The position numbers and the translations under genes were made by a program. The notes beneath the pieces were generated by a model, which worked only from the letters and a program-made list of their open reading frames with translations, had not been told where the DNA came from and searched no databases. 64,000 nt of DNA from Gammaproteobacteria bacterium (GTDB lineage Bacteria > Pseudomonadota > Gammaproteobacteria > Steroidobacterales > JBCCMA01): the NCBI GenBank assembly GCA_045107005.1, contig JBGCFP010000018.1, positions 48 to 64,047 on the forward strand, given 5' to 3'. Below, piece after piece: positions 9,543 to 20,202 of this stretch (position 1 is the first letter of the stretch; each line of letters opens with the position of its first letter).

Positions 9543-10214
9543 ATGAAAACAACGATGACACGCATATCTCAGACCGCCGCGTGCGCGGCACTGACGCTTC
9601 TTGCCGCCTCGGCCATGGCCGTGGATACCGACGGCGACGGTGTCGATGACTCGGTCGATAACTGTTCCACCGTGGCAAACCCGGCACAAATCGACTCGAA
9701 CGGCGACGGCTTCGGCAATCGCTGCGACGCCGACCTCAATAACGATCTAATCGTCAACGTCGCCGACCTTGGCCTGCTGCGCGCCGTTTTCTTTACGGCC
9801 GATGCGGATGCCGACTTCAATGGTGACAACGTGGTCAACGTGTCGGATCTTGGCATCCTGCGCTCCGCGTTCTTTCAGCCACCCGGACCGGGCGCAACGG
9901 GTTCACCCGTCACCTGGACCGACGACATCCAACCGATCTTCGCCGAGCTGTGCGCGCCGTGCCACACAACGCTCAACACCGGCGGCCACAATCTGGGGTC
10001 GACGTTTGAAGGCGCACTCGACCCGGCAAACAACAACGCCTGCGTCGGATTGAACAACGCCGAGTGCACGATTGTGCGTATTCAATCGGGCGAAATGCCG
10101 CGTAATCGTGGCTGCACCGGCGATCCGACGCTGGATGCCATGAACAACGCCTGTCTCGATCAGGCTGAACAGGATCTGGTGCAGGCGTGGATCGACGGCG
10201 GTATTGCCGAATAG
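9543..10214 (+). CDS. secreted TSP3/dockerin-like module fused to a CxxCH (PSCyt1-like) domain
   Basis: ATG 9543 follows GGGGAGATGGGGA. Signal peptide ...LLAASAMA. Residues 27-120 are DTDGDGVDDSVDNC...GDGFGNRCDADLNNDLIVNVADLGLLRAVFF...DFNGDNVVNVSDLGILRSAFF. The C-terminal half is W.DDIQPIFAELCAPCH...GEMP...LDQAEQDLVQAWIDGG. Confidence 0.6.
   Translation: MKTTMTRISQTAACAALTLLAASAMAVDTDGDGVDDSVDNCSTVANPAQIDSNGDGFGNRCDADLNNDLIVNVADLGLLRAVFFTADADADFNGDNVVNVSDLGILRSAFFQPPGPGATGSPVTWTDDIQPIFAELCAPCHTTLNTGGHNLGSTFEGALDPANNNACVGLNNAECTIVRIQSGEMPRNRGCTGDPTLDAMNNACLDQAEQDLVQAWIDGGIAE
9621..9902 (+). repeat. TSP3 + dockerin-like module, copy A (protein-level repeat)
   Basis: 94-aa segment. About 67/94 positions are identical to copy B by manual ungapped alignment. 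Confidence 0.6.
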
Positions 10215-10250
10215 GCAGTCGCAACGCAGTAAGAAGACGTGCGCCGCGGG

Positions 10251-10619
10251 TCAGAGGTATCCGCGTCGCACGAAATCCTGATACCCCTGCTTGACCAGCT
10301 CTTTAATCTCGAGAAACAGGCGTGCGTCCGGCGCTTTGAAATTGAAACAGCCCTTTCCCTGTTGGCGCTTTTTCAGGGCCGGCGAGATGTCGGCAATCAA
10401 CGAAGGGTTCAGGAACATCGGCTTGAAGTGAAAGCTGACGTAGGTCTTGCTGATGCGCACGGCGCCAAAGCTTAAGGGTTTTTTGTTCTTCTGAATGTGG
10501 CGAGTGACCAGCACGTAGTGATCGGGCTCGTCGATCACGACGTCCATCGGTGGCGACCAGCGGTAGAGCAGTGTGCGCAAATCGTGAAACGCGCGCTGAC
10601 GGAAATTCGGCGTCCTCAT
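10251..10619 (-). CDS. DUF1801 (YdhG-like) domain protein
   Basis: 122 aa. ISKTYVSFHFKPMFLNP...KKRQQGKGCFNFK is typical of DUF1801. Confidence 0.6.
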   Translation of the reverse strand: MRTPNFRQRAFHDLRTLLYRWSPPMDVVIDEPDHYVLVTRHIQKNKKPLSFGAVRISKTYVSFHFKPMFLNPSLIADISPALKKRQQGKGCFNFKAPDARLFLEIKELVKQGYQDFVRRGYL

Positions 10620-10622
10620 TCG

Positions 10623-11186
10623 CTACATCGGGATCAAAACTCGGTTGAAAATATGGCCGTGACCGAACAGCACGACCGCGTACAGAATCAATCCACCGCC
10701 AACGGCCATCAGATCGTATTTCCACGCCACCGTCTGGCCGGGCTTGACCAGCGTCTTACCGCGTAGCGTGCCCGAGATAATGCTCACCACTGCGTAGACC
10801 GCAAAACTGCCGAACAACCAAACTGCTGCTTTCTCGCCGTTCGCGAAGTAGTGCAGCAACGACCAGATCAGAATTCCAAGCATCATCGGATGCTTGAGCC
10901 ACTGGCGAATGTGCGTCGGCATATTGGCGGCGCCAAGCAAAATAAACGCCAGCGGCATGGCGTGCAGCGCCGCGGCGCGTGCCCACGGTTTGGGCGCAAA
11001 CACATATTCCACCGGCACCGAACGATAACCGATGACCGCCAAGATCAAGCCGGCGAACGACGCCAGCGTCACCAGCAACTTGTAACGTTGCACGCCCATC
11101 GCGTTGACCAACACACTGCGCAGCGGTGTGCTCGGCAACAAGTGAGGCACGAAAAACAGGGCGAGGCCGATGAGGAGTAGTGTCAT
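10623..11186 (-). CDS. NnrU family membrane protein
   Basis: ORF trimmed to ATG 11186 (MTLLLIGLALFFVPHL...). Five hydrophobic helices with an NnrU-like HPMMLGILIWSLLH segment. Confidence 0.65.
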   Translation of the reverse strand: MTLLLIGLALFFVPHLLPSTPLRSVLVNAMGVQRYKLLVTLASFAGLILAVIGYRSVPVEYVFAPKPWARAAALHAMPLAFILLGAANMPTHIRQWLKHPMMLGILIWSLLHYFANGEKAAVWLFGSFAVYAVVSIISGTLRGKTLVKPGQTVAWKYDLMAVGGGLILYAVVLFGHGHIFNRVLIPM

Positions 11187-11430
11187 GATGTGATCCTTAA
11201 AAATCACTGGTCAACAGGAATGAGCAAAGCGCAAGCCCGATCGGCTGGCATCGTGACCCGCAACAAGAAAACAGAACCGCGTCGGAGCGTCGCATCCGCG
11301 TAGGCATCTTGCAACCCCGTGCGGGTCGCCCAAACGACGTAAAAGTTTGCCGCAAGTTCGACTAGCGTTCATCATCGTGGGCCGGTCGGCACGGGTATGC
11401 GGTTGTCACCAACAGAAAGTGAGGATTTCG

Positions 11431-12288
11431 ATGATTATTGCGGGTTGCGGATACACCGGCTTGCGTCTGGCGCGTTCGCAGCAGCAGGCGTTCGGTATCG
11501 TTGCTTCTGAAGAAGGTGTGCAACGTCTTGAGCAGCATCGCATTGACGGCGCGCGCTGGGACCTCGACGCGCAACAGGCCCCACCCACACTGCCACCCAA
11601 TCGCGCGCTCGTGTATTTGATTCCGCCACCTCGACAAGGCGACGACGATTCGCGCCTGGCGCACCTCCTCGACGCGCTACCAACACCACCAACCCGCCTT
11701 ATCTATGCCAGCACGACCGGCGTTTACGGCAACCGCAACGGCGCGCTGGTGCACGAAAGTGACGCACCTGCCCCGGACAGCGAGCGGGCGAAGCGCCGTC
11801 TCGCTGCGGAAACGCGCGTACGCGAATGGGCCAGCGCCAACGATCTGCCGTGGGTTATCCTGCGTATTCCCGGCATTTACGGACCCGGACGACTGCAACT
11901 CGCCACGGTGCAAGGCTCGCGACCGATGCTACGTCGCGAAGAAGCCGGACCCGGCAATCGCATTCACGTCGACGATCTGGTCGCAGTGATTCGCGCTGCC
12001 ACCACGACGCCGCACGTTAACGAGATTTACAACGTAGGCGATGGGGACACCATGACTAACACGGAGTTTGTTGGCCTGATTGCCGGTCAGTTGGGATTGC
12101 CAGCGCCTCCGGCCACAACGCGCGCGGCGCTGAAAAAACTGGTGACTGCGCGAGCCTGGAGCTTCTTGCGCGAATCGCGCGAGGTCGACACGCGCAAGAT
12201 GCGCGATGTGCTTGGCGTTGCGCCGCAGTTTCGCGATCCGCGCGAGGGCATCGCCGCCAGCCTCAACGAGATGGCGAAGTCAGGCTAA
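11431..12288 (+). CDS. NAD-dependent epimerase/dehydratase (SDR) family protein
   Basis: ATG 11431 follows AGTGAGGA. Has the N-terminal glycine-rich segment IAGCGYTG, plus IYGPGR and HVDDL motifs. Confidence 0.65.
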   Translation: MIIAGCGYTGLRLARSQQQAFGIVASEEGVQRLEQHRIDGARWDLDAQQAPPTLPPNRALVYLIPPPRQGDDDSRLAHLLDALPTPPTRLIYASTTGVYGNRNGALVHESDAPAPDSERAKRRLAAETRVREWASANDLPWVILRIPGIYGPGRLQLATVQGSRPMLRREEAGPGNRIHVDDLVAVIRAATTTPHVNEIYNVGDGDTMTNTEFVGLIAGQLGLPAPPATTRAALKKLVTARAWSFLRESREVDTRKMRDVLGVAPQFRDPREGIAASLNEMAKSG

Positions 12289-12307
12289 GCGCGCGACACA
12301 AACGCCA

Positions 12308-12946
12308 CTACGGTTTCGACGAGCGCCCATCCAGCCACTCAATCAGCGGATCCCACTGTTCCCAGTCAGGCCACGCCAGATATTCCGGCAGCTCGAAAAT
12401 GCCCAAACCGCGCGTGAACGCCCGCACATAGTTTTGCGCTTCGCGCAGCGCCGTGACGTAGGGCGCGCGCTGTTTGTCGAGGTACTCGTCCAGCTCGTCA
12501 AAAATCAACGTGTTTTCGCGCACGCGGTTGCCGACCAGCCCAAGCTTCGCCTGACGCCGCTTCATGCGGCCGCTGCCGGTCAGCTCCTTGATGAACCGCG
12601 ACGTGGCCATCATGTCGATGGTCGATGGCAATACCGGCATCACGATGGTCTCAGTGTGATTCAGGATTTCGGTCAGCTCCGGGCCGTGCGAGCGGGCCGG
12701 CGCGTCCAGAATCACCACATCCGTGGCGCGCGAAACGCCTTTTAAACCGGTTTTAAACGCTTCGACGCCGGTAATCGGCGCGCGATCCTTGGGCCGCAGC
12801 GACAGCCAGTCGGATGAGGAACCTTGCGGGTCGTAGTCAGCGAGAATGACATCCATGCCCTCTTCGGCGTAGTAAGCCGCCAAGCTCGTGGCAATGGTGC
12901 TTTTGCCGCACCCACCCTTGGCGTTCATAACCGTTATATGGCGCAT
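12308..12946 (-). CDS. ParA/MinD-family ATPase (orphan)
   Basis: Deviant Walker A NAKGGCGKST, then DYDPQGS. 212 aa. No parB-like gene is adjacent. Confidence 0.8.
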   Translation of the reverse strand: MRHITVMNAKGGCGKSTIATSLAAYYAEEGMDVILADYDPQGSSSDWLSLRPKDRAPITGVEAFKTGLKGVSRATDVVILDAPARSHGPELTEILNHTETIVMPVLPSTIDMMATSRFIKELTGSGRMKRRQAKLGLVGNRVRENTLIFDELDEYLDKQRAPYVTALREAQNYVRAFTRGLGIFELPEYLAWPDWEQWDPLIEWLDGRSSKP

Positions 12947-13023
12947 CGCTGTCTCCTCACTCAGTCGTCATCGCAAATCCAGCCGAAACCTTACCGCTTC
13001 GGCTGGTTTAACCGCAACTTACG

Positions 13024-14493
13024 CTACGCGTCGATACCCAACTCGTCCCACAGCCCGTCCACGCGCGCTTTGACGTCCGCGTCCATCTCGATCGGTTCGC
13101 CCCACTCGCGATTGGTTTCCCCGGGCCACTTGTTAGTGGCATCCAGACCCATTTTCGAGCCCAGGCCGGACACGGGCGACGCGAAGTCGAGGTAGTCGAT
13201 CGGTGTGTTGTCGACCATCGTGGTGTCGCGCATCGGATCCATTCGCGTGGTCATGGCCCAGATCACGTCTTCCCAGTTGCGCACGTCAATGTCGTCGTCC
13301 ACGACCACGATGAACTTGGTGTACATGAACTGACGCAGATAGGACCAGACCGCCATCATTACGCGCTTGGCGTGACCGGGGTATTCCTTTTTCATGCTGA
13401 TCAGCGCCATGCGATACGAGCAGCCCTCGGGCGGCAAATAGAAATCGCGAATCTCGGGAAACTGACGCACAAGTAGCGGCACAAACACTTCGTTCAGCGC
13501 GACGCCGAGGACAGCCGGCTCGTCGGGCGGGCGACCGGTGTAGGTGCTGTGATAAATCGGGTTGTCGCGGTGCGTAATACGCTCGACCGTGAACACCGGG
13601 AAGGTGTCCACCTCGTTGTAGTAGCCGGTGTGACCACCAAACGGGCCTTCGGCGGCGACTTCGTCCGGCGCGATATACCCTTCGAGCACGAATTCGGCGC
13701 TTGCCGGCACCAGCAGATCACTGTGCTTACACGCCACCACTTCGGTTTTTGCACCGCGCAGCAAACCGGCAAAGGCGTATTCCGACAAACCGTCCGGCAC
13801 GGGTGTCACAGCGCCCAGAATGGTGGCTGGGTCGGCACCCAGTGCAACGGCGACGGGAAATTTCTCGCCCGGGTTTTGCTCGACAAACGATCGGAAATCC
13901 AGCGCCCCACCGCGGTGTGCGAGCCAGCGCATGATCAGTTTGTTGCGCCCGATCACCTGCTGGCGATAGATCCCCATGTTCAAACGCTTCTGTGTCGGTC
14001 CCTTGGTGACGGTTAGTCCCCAGGTCAGCAGCGGTCCGGCGTCGCCCGGCCAGCACGTCTGGATTGGCAGCTTGGCAAGATCCACAGCGTCGCCTTCGAT
14101 CACGTTCTTCTGGCAAGCGGCTTTGCGCACCACTTTGTGCCGCGTGTTCAGCACCTGCTTGAACTGCGGCATGCGCTCGATAAACTCGCGCGCCGAAGAC
14201 GGCGGCTCGGGCTGCTTCAAAAACGCCAGCAGCTCGCCCACATCACGCAGCGCTTCCACCGAGTCCTGTCCCATGGCCAGCGCGACACGCCGAGGCGTGC
14301 CGAACAGATTCCCCAGCACCGGGATGTCGTAGCCCTTCGCGTTTTCGAACAAAAGGGCCGGGCCGCCTTTTTTCAGCGTCCGATCGCAAATCTCGGTCAT
14401 CTCAAGGATGGGATCGACAGGCGTTTTGATGCGTTTGAGCTCGCCCATGTGTTCGAGCTTTTCGATGAAGTCGCGCAGGTCGCTGTAGTGCAT
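13024..14493 (-). CDS. ubiD: 4-hydroxy-3-polyprenylbenzoate decarboxylase
   Basis: ORF 13024..14643 trimmed to ATG 14493 ([22 protein letters not shown]...). Full-length UbiD-like sequence of 489 aa. Confidence 0.9.
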   Translation of the reverse strand: MHYSDLRDFIEKLEHMGELKRIKTPVDPILEMTEICDRTLKKGGPALLFENAKGYDIPVLGNLFGTPRRVALAMGQDSVEALRDVGELLAFLKQPEPPSSAREFIERMPQFKQVLNTRHKVVRKAACQKNVIEGDAVDLAKLPIQTCWPGDAGPLLTWGLTVTKGPTQKRLNMGIYRQQVIGRNKLIMRWLAHRGGALDFRSFVEQNPGEKFPVAVALGADPATILGAVTPVPDGLSEYAFAGLLRGAKTEVVACKHSDLLVPASAEFVLEGYIAPDEVAAEGPFGGHTGYYNEVDTFPVFTVERITHRDNPIYHSTYTGRPPDEPAVLGVALNEVFVPLLVRQFPEIRDFYLPPEGCSYRMALISMKKEYPGHAKRVMMAVWSYLRQFMYTKFIVVVDDDIDVRNWEDVIWAMTTRMDPMRDTTMVDNTPIDYLDFASPVSGLGSKMGLDATNKWPGETNREWGEPIEMDADVKARVDGLWDELGIDA

Positions 14494-14578
14494 GGTGCTT
14501 CTTGTGGAACGGTTAGTGGGGACGGAGTGTATCGAATTTGCCGCAACGCCGGATGCACAACGCGGTATCCTTGAGCGC

Positions 14579-15412
14579 GTGAGCAAACGCGAACTGATAC
14601 CTTTCACCAAAATGCACGGCGCCGGCAACGACTTTGTGGTCATCGACGCCCGTGAGCGAGCGCTCGAACTGACGGCGGCGCAGGCGCGACACCTGGCTGA
14701 TCGCCATCGCGGCGTTGGGTGCGACCAGATTCTGATGCTGATCCCGTCCGCCGACGCGGATTTTGGCTATCGCATTTTCAATGCCGAGGGCGGCGAAGTG
14801 GAGCAATGCGGAAACGGGGCGCGCGCCCTCGCGCTGTTTGCCAGGCCCGATGCGCCGCAGAATGTGGCGCTACGAATGGCGAGCCCTGCCGGTATCGTGC
14901 GGGCGCGCTTCACGGACGACGCACAAGTGAGCGTCGACATGGGGCCGGCGAATTTCGAACCCTCGTCACTGCCGTTTGCCATGGCGACACGCCGGGACCA
15001 CTACGAGATTGAGATTGACGGGCAGACCGTGCGCTTTGGCGCGGTGTCGATGGGGAACCCGCATGCGGTGATCGAGGTCGATGATATTAACGGCGCACCG
15101 GTACAGACCCTTGGGCCGAAAATTCAACAGCACGATGCCTTCCCCCAAAGCGTCAACGTCGGTTTCATGCAGGTTCACTCGCCCCAGCGGATCGATCTGC
15201 GCGTTTACGAACGCGGCGTTGGCGAAACGCTGGCTTGCGGCACCGGCGCGTGCGCGGCGGCGGCTGTGGGCGCCGCCTGGGGCAAGCTCGCAAGCCACGT
15301 TGACATTGCGCTGCCCGGCGGCCAATTGATGGTAAACTGCGAACACCTCGAGCGGTCGATCTGGCTGACGGGGCCTGCGCACTCAGCGTTTGAAGGACAC
15401 ATTGAGCTATGA
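14579..15412 (+). CDS. dapF: diaminopimelate epimerase
   Basis: [16 protein letters not shown]-terminus and two Cys active-site regions ([15 protein letters not shown]). Start is uncertain. In-frame GTG 14579 was chosen because the ORF-track start 14492 overlaps the ubiD start. Confidence 0.85.
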   Translation: MSKRELIPFTKMHGAGNDFVVIDARERALELTAAQARHLADRHRGVGCDQILMLIPSADADFGYRIFNAEGGEVEQCGNGARALALFARPDAPQNVALRMASPAGIVRARFTDDAQVSVDMGPANFEPSSLPFAMATRRDHYEIEIDGQTVRFGAVSMGNPHAVIEVDDINGAPVQTLGPKIQQHDAFPQSVNVGFMQVHSPQRIDLRVYERGVGETLACGTGACAAAAVGAAWGKLASHVDIALPGGQLMVNCEHLERSIWLTGPAHSAFEGHIEL

Positions 15413-16146
15413 GTACACAAAGACAACCTCAGCAAAACGACGCCCCTGACACCGAGATTACGGACGAATCGGTCAGTCAGCACCTGGACGACAATCCCGA
15501 TTTCTTTGAGCGCCATCCGGCTCTGCTGGCTGGCCTCAAGCTGCCGCACAGCACGGGCGGCGCGGCGGTCTCTCTGGTCGAGCGGCAGGTGTCGATTCTG
15601 CGCCAGCGCAACACCAAACTTGAGCGCAAGCTGCGCGAGCTGATCAGCGTAGCGCGCTCCAATGACTCGCTGTCGACCAAGCTGCACACGCTGTCTCTGG
15701 CGCTGATGGACGCGCGTTCGATGCGCGATTTGATGGAGCGGCTGGAACAGGGCTTGCGCCAGGATTTCGGCGCTGATCAGACCACATTGATCCTTTTCGA
15801 CGACGATCGACGCTATGCAGGCGTGGATGACATGGCCTATGTGCGCAACACGAGCGCGTCGGCCGCCGAGCTCAAACCGTTTAAAACGTTTCTGGCGGGT
15901 GCCCGTCCACGCTGCGGGCAGATGCGCGATGCGCAGCGCGCCTTCCTGTTCGGCAACGACAATCTGCACATCGGCTCCTCTGCGCTGGTTCCGCTGGGCG
16001 ATCAAAGCAAGCTGGGCATTCTGGCCATCGGCAACAAAGACACGGCGCACTTTCACCCGGGCATGAGTACTGAGTTCCTGGGTCGTCTGGGCGATGTGAT
16101 CAGTGTGGCGCTTGGCCGGCACGCGCTGGAGAGCGCTGCTGCCTGA
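15409..16146 (+). CDS. DUF484 family protein
   Basis: 245 aa. Sits in the conserved position between dapF and xerC, with ATGA-type overlaps at both ends. Confidence 0.8.
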   Translation: MSTQRQPQQNDAPDTEITDESVSQHLDDNPDFFERHPALLAGLKLPHSTGGAAVSLVERQVSILRQRNTKLERKLRELISVARSNDSLSTKLHTLSLALMDARSMRDLMERLEQGLRQDFGADQTTLILFDDDRRYAGVDDMAYVRNTSASAAELKPFKTFLAGARPRCGQMRDAQRAFLFGNDNLHIGSSALVPLGDQSKLGILAIGNKDTAHFHPGMSTEFLGRLGDVISVALGRHALESAAA

Positions 16147-17060
16147 TGGACGACCACTCACGCGACGCGGTGGTCGAATTCATTGACCATCTGCGTCGTG
16201 AACGACGTCTGTCTCCTCACACCCAATCCAACTACCGGCGCGATCTCGACGCGCTGGTCGCGTTCTGTGACCGCCAGGATATTCCGCGCTGGTCTGAGCT
16301 ATTGCCTCTGCAGCTACAGCAGTTTGCCAGCACCGCGCATCGCAAGGGCCTGGCACCGCGCTCCATCGCCAGACGGCTGTCCGCCGCGCGCTCGTTTTTC
16401 GACTATCTGATTCGCGAGGGCGAGCTCGGCGCGAACCCCGGCGCCGACGTGCGCGCTCCGCGCAAGAAACGCACGCTGCCAGGCACCGTCGACGTGGACC
16501 GCATGGCCGCCCTGCTAAATCTGCCGGGCGACGAGCCGCTGACCCGCCGCGACGCGGCCATGATGGAGCTGCTGTACTCATCGGGACTGCGTCTGGCTGA
16601 GCTGGTCGGCCTGGATCTTGCTGACGTCGAAATGGCCGACCGCACCGTCACCGTGCTGGGCAAAGGTGCCAAAACCCGAATTCTGCCGGTAGGCGGCAAA
16701 GCACTGGACGCGCTGGAGCGCTGGCTGACCGTACGCGGAGCGCTGGCCAAACCCGACGTGGCGGCCGTTTTTGTCAGCCAGCGGGGGGCACGCATTGCGC
16801 CACGTTCGGTGCAGTCGCGCATCAAATACTGGGCACGCCGCCAGGGCATCGACATCAACCTGTATCCGCATCTGTTTCGCCATTCCTTCGCCACTCACAT
16901 GCTTGAGTCCTCGAGCGATCTGCGCGGCGTTCAGGAAATGCTGGGCCACGCCGATATCAGCACCACTCAAATCTACACGCACCTTGATTTCCAGCATCTG
17001 GCCGCCACTTACGACAAGACCCATCCGCGTGCGCGGAAAAAGAAAGAGACGCAGGAATAA
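16146..17060 (+). CDS. xerC: tyrosine recombinase XerC
   Basis: Has the RRLSPHTQSNYRRDL N-terminal domain and HLFRHSFATHMLE...LGHADISTTQIYTH catalytic motifs. Canonical dapF-DUF484-xerC context. Confidence 0.85.
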   Translation: MDDHSRDAVVEFIDHLRRERRLSPHTQSNYRRDLDALVAFCDRQDIPRWSELLPLQLQQFASTAHRKGLAPRSIARRLSAARSFFDYLIREGELGANPGADVRAPRKKRTLPGTVDVDRMAALLNLPGDEPLTRRDAAMMELLYSSGLRLAELVGLDLADVEMADRTVTVLGKGAKTRILPVGGKALDALERWLTVRGALAKPDVAAVFVSQRGARIAPRSVQSRIKYWARRQGIDINLYPHLFRHSFATHMLESSSDLRGVQEMLGHADISTTQIYTHLDFQHLAATYDKTHPRARKKKETQE

Positions 17061-17194
17061 CGGCTTGCGCGCCAGACTCGGCCCGGCTGAGACGTTTCCC
17101 GCGTTAATCGCCAGATCGCCGCATTACCCGGCGCTCTTCCCTGACCCCGACGATGTACAATAGCCGGCCGCCCGGCTCACACAGGAACCGCCAG

Positions 17195-17731
17195 ATGGAA
17201 CAAATTCGAGGCACCACGATCCTCTGCGTCCGCCGCGACGGCAAAGTGGTCGTGGGCGGAGACGGTCAGGCCACTCTTGGCAACACCGTTATGAAGGGCA
17301 ACGTCCGCAAGGTTCGCCGTCTTTACAAGGACACGGTCCTTGCCGGCTTTGCCGGTGGCACCGCCGACGCGTTCACGCTGTTCGAGCGCTTTGAGGGCAA
17401 GCTCGAGCAGTACGGCAACCTGACACGGGCCGCCATCGAGCTGGCCAAAGACTGGCGCTCCGACCGCAGCTTGCGACGTCTTGAAGCGCTGCTTTGCGTC
17501 GCGGACAAAAAAACCTCGCTGCTCATCTCCGGCACCGGCGATGTGATTGAACCCGAGCACGATCTGGTCGCGATTGGTTCCGGAGGGTCGTTCGCGCAAG
17601 CCGCCGGCATGGCGCTGATGAACAACACCGAGATGGGGCCGCGCGAGATTGTGGAAAAAGCGCTTTCCATCGCCGCCGACATTTGTATTTACACCAATCA
17701 TAATCTCACTATTGAAGAGCTCAGCGAGTAA
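17195..17731 (+). CDS. hslV: ATP-dependent protease subunit HslV
   Basis: ATG 17195 ([25 protein letters not shown]). Short pro-segment ends in Gly-Thr. Confidence 0.9.
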   Translation: MEQIRGTTILCVRRDGKVVVGGDGQATLGNTVMKGNVRKVRRLYKDTVLAGFAGGTADAFTLFERFEGKLEQYGNLTRAAIELAKDWRSDRSLRRLEALLCVADKKTSLLISGTGDVIEPEHDLVAIGSGGSFAQAAGMALMNNTEMGPREIVEKALSIAADICIYTNHNLTIEELSE

Positions 17732-17736
17732 CACGC

Positions 17737-19077
17737 ATGTCTGAAATGACTCCCCGGGAAATCGTCCAGGAATTGGACAAACACATTGTTGGCCAGGATG
17801 ACGCCAAACGCTCGGTGGCGATCGCGTTGCGCAATCGCTGGCGCCGCGCACAGGTTAGCGATCCACTGCGCACCGAGATCACGCCGAAAAATATTTTGAT
17901 GATTGGCCCAACCGGCGTCGGCAAGACCGAGATCGCCAGACGCCTGGCGCGGCTGGCCAAAGCACCGTTTATCAAGGTGGAGGCCACCAAGTTCACCGAA
18001 GTGGGCTACGTGGGTCGCGAAGTCGATTCGATTGTCCGCGATCTGACCGACGTCGCGGTCAAGCTGATTCGCGAAACAGAACTCGACAAAGTGCGCCACC
18101 GCGCCGAAGACGCAGCGGAAGATCGCGTGCTCGACGCCCTGCTGCCGGCTCCCGAGCGCAGCCCTTACGATCACTCCGAGCCGGATCCGACAACGGCCGA
18201 CACGCGGCAGAAGTTTCGCAAGATGTTCCGCGAAGGCAAGCTCGACGATCGCGAAATTGAAATTGAAACGCAGGCTACGATGATGGGCGTGGAGATCATG
18301 GCACCGCCGGGCATGGAAGAAATGACCCAGCAGCTGCAAAGCATGTTCCAGAATGTGGGCAACGGGCGCACCGACACCAAGCGCATGAAAGTGCGCGACG
18401 CCTATAAGATTCTGCTCGAAGAAGAAGCCGCCAAGATGGTCAATGAAGACGACCTGAAAGTGCGCGCAGTGGAATCGGTCGAGCAAAGCGGCATCGTGTT
18501 TATTGACGAGATCGATAAAGTCGCGAAACGTACTGACGGATCGCAGGGCGGTGCCGACGTGTCACGCGAAGGCGTGCAGCGCGATCTGCTACCACTGGTT
18601 GAAGGGAGCACCATTTCGACCAAGTACGGCATGGTCAAAACCGACCACATTCTGTTCATCGCCTCCGGCGCCTTCCACGTGGCGAAACCGTCCGATCTGA
18701 TCCCGGAGCTGCAGGGTCGCTTTCCCATTCGCGTGGAACTACAGGCGCTGACCAGCAACGATTTTGTGCGCATCCTGACCGAGCCGGACTGCAGCCTCAC
18801 CGAACAATACTGTGCACTGATGCACACCGAAGGGTTGAACCTTACGTTTGCTGATGACGGAGTTACGCGGATCGCCGAGGTGGCCTTCCAGGTGAATTCA
18901 CGCACCGAAAACATCGGCGCGCGTCGTTTGCACACGGTACTTGAGCGACTGCTCGAAACCGTGTCCTTCGAAGCGGCCGATCGTAGCGGCCAGAGCGTGA
19001 CGGTTGACGCCGCTTACGTCGACGAACATCTGGGCGAACTGGTACAGGACGAAGATCTGGCACGGTACATTTTGTAG
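17737..19077 (+). CDS. hslU: ATP-dependent protease ATPase subunit HslU
   Basis: [22 protein letters not shown], Walker [16 protein letters not shown] and IVFIDEIDK. 446 aa. Confidence 0.95.
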   Translation: MSEMTPREIVQELDKHIVGQDDAKRSVAIALRNRWRRAQVSDPLRTEITPKNILMIGPTGVGKTEIARRLARLAKAPFIKVEATKFTEVGYVGREVDSIVRDLTDVAVKLIRETELDKVRHRAEDAAEDRVLDALLPAPERSPYDHSEPDPTTADTRQKFRKMFREGKLDDREIEIETQATMMGVEIMAPPGMEEMTQQLQSMFQNVGNGRTDTKRMKVRDAYKILLEEEAAKMVNEDDLKVRAVESVEQSGIVFIDEIDKVAKRTDGSQGGADVSREGVQRDLLPLVEGSTISTKYGMVKTDHILFIASGAFHVAKPSDLIPELQGRFPIRVELQALTSNDFVRILTEPDCSLTEQYCALMHTEGLNLTFADDGVTRIAEVAFQVNSRTENIGARRLHTVLERLLETVSFEAADRSGQSVTVDAAYVDEHLGELVQDEDLARYIL

Positions 19078-19087
19078 AGCAGCCAGC

Positions 19088-19447
19088 GTGCAGCATCAGC
19101 CTACCGAACTGACGTTAAAAAAGAGCGCGCGCCTATTGCGCGTGGCGTTCGACGACGGCCAGACGTTTGATCTGCCGCTGGAATACCTGCGCGTCTATTC
19201 GCCGTCCGCCGAGGTGCGCGGGCACGGCCCCGGGCAGGAAGTTCTGCAGGTGGGCAAAAAGCACGTCGTTGTCACACGCATCGAGCCGGTGGGCAGCTAC
19301 GCCGTGCGACTGGTGTTCGACGACGGTCACAACAGCGGCCTTTTTTCGTGGGATGTGCTGTACGATCTGGGCATCAACCACGAGCAAAACTGGCAACACT
19401 ATCTGCTGCGCCTCGACGAGGCTGGCGCCACACGAGAACCCCGATGA
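19088..19447 (+). CDS. DUF971 (gamma-butyrobetaine hydroxylase-like N-terminal domain) protein
   Basis: In-frame GTG 19088 lies after the hslU stop. Motifs [26 protein letters not shown]...[17 protein letters not shown]. Stop overlaps the ubiE start. Confidence 0.65.
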   Translation: MQHQPTELTLKKSARLLRVAFDDGQTFDLPLEYLRVYSPSAEVRGHGPGQEVLQVGKKHVVVTRIEPVGSYAVRLVFDDGHNSGLFSWDVLYDLGINHEQNWQHYLLRLDEAGATREPR

Positions 19448-20202
19448 GCGAAGAACAACACGACGACACGACGCATTTTGGTTACGAAGACGTACCGCGC
19501 GACGACAAGGTCAATCGCGTACGCGGCGTCTTCGACTCGGTCGCCGACAAATACGACGTCATGAACGATCTGATGTCCATGGGCGTGCATCGAATCTGGA
19601 AGAAATTCACCATCGACCAGACCGACCTGCAGCCCGGGCAACGCGCGCTGGATGTTGCGGGCGGCACCGGCGATCTGACCATTGCCATGTCCAAACGGGT
19701 GGGCGCCAAAGGCCACGTGGTTTTGTCCGACATCAACGAGGCGATGCTCGCCAATGGTCGCCGTCGTCTGGTCGATGCCGGCATCGTGGGTAACGTGTCC
19801 TTCGAAGTGGCCAACGCTGAAGAACTGCCGTTCGACGACAACTCGTTCCACTGCGTCACGATCGCGTTTGGCTTGCGCAACGTCACGGATAAAGACAAAG
19901 CGCTGCGCTCGATGTATCGCGTGCTCAAACCCGGCGGCCAACTCCTGGTGCTGGAGTTTTCCAAGCCGACAGCGCCGGGCCTCGCGCCCATTTATGACGC
20001 TTACTCGTTCAACGTGCTGCCGCGCATTGGCAAGCTGGTGGCCAACGACGAAGCCAGCTACCGCTACCTCGCCGAATCGATTCGCATGCATCCGGATCAG
20101 GAGACGCTGTTGCAGATGCTCAAAGACGCGGGTTTTGAAAACACGCGCTACCACAATCTCACCGGCGGCATCGTCGCTCTGCACCGCGGGTACAAGCTGT
20201 GA
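19444..20202 (+). CDS. ubiE: ubiquinone/menaquinone biosynthesis C-methyltransferase
   Basis: ATG 19444 ([17 protein letters not shown]...). [17 protein letters not shown] and [13 protein letters not shown] motifs. Confidence 0.9.
   Translation: MSEEQHDDTTHFGYEDVPRDDKVNRVRGVFDSVADKYDVMNDLMSMGVHRIWKKFTIDQTDLQPGQRALDVAGGTGDLTIAMSKRVGAKGHVVLSDINEAMLANGRRRLVDAGIVGNVSFEVANAEELPFDDNSFHCVTIAFGLRNVTDKDKALRSMYRVLKPGGQLLVLEFSKPTAPGLAPIYDAYSFNVLPRIGKLVANDEASYRYLAESIRMHPDQETLLQMLKDAGFENTRYHNLTGGIVALHRGYKL

Noticed and set aside
16146-17060. Tyrosine recombinase as a possible integrase of a mobile element.
   Set aside because: It sits in the universally conserved dapF-DUF484-xerC housekeeping context and has XerC-type motifs. 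There is no flanking att-like repeat, tRNA or foreign gene cargo.
17061-17194. Heat-shock (sigma32) promoter upstream of hslVU.
   Set aside because: It is expected biologically, but I could only find weak partial matches (CTTGCGC ... CCCGGCTG and CCCCGACGAT) with unconvincing spacing. That is not enough to annotate.
17195-17215. N-terminal MEQIRG extension before the catalytic Thr of HslV as a possible novelty.
   Set aside because: Short pro-segments ending in Gly-Thr are common in HslV outside enterobacteria, for example in alpha-proteobacteria and xanthomonads as I recall. This is ordinary.
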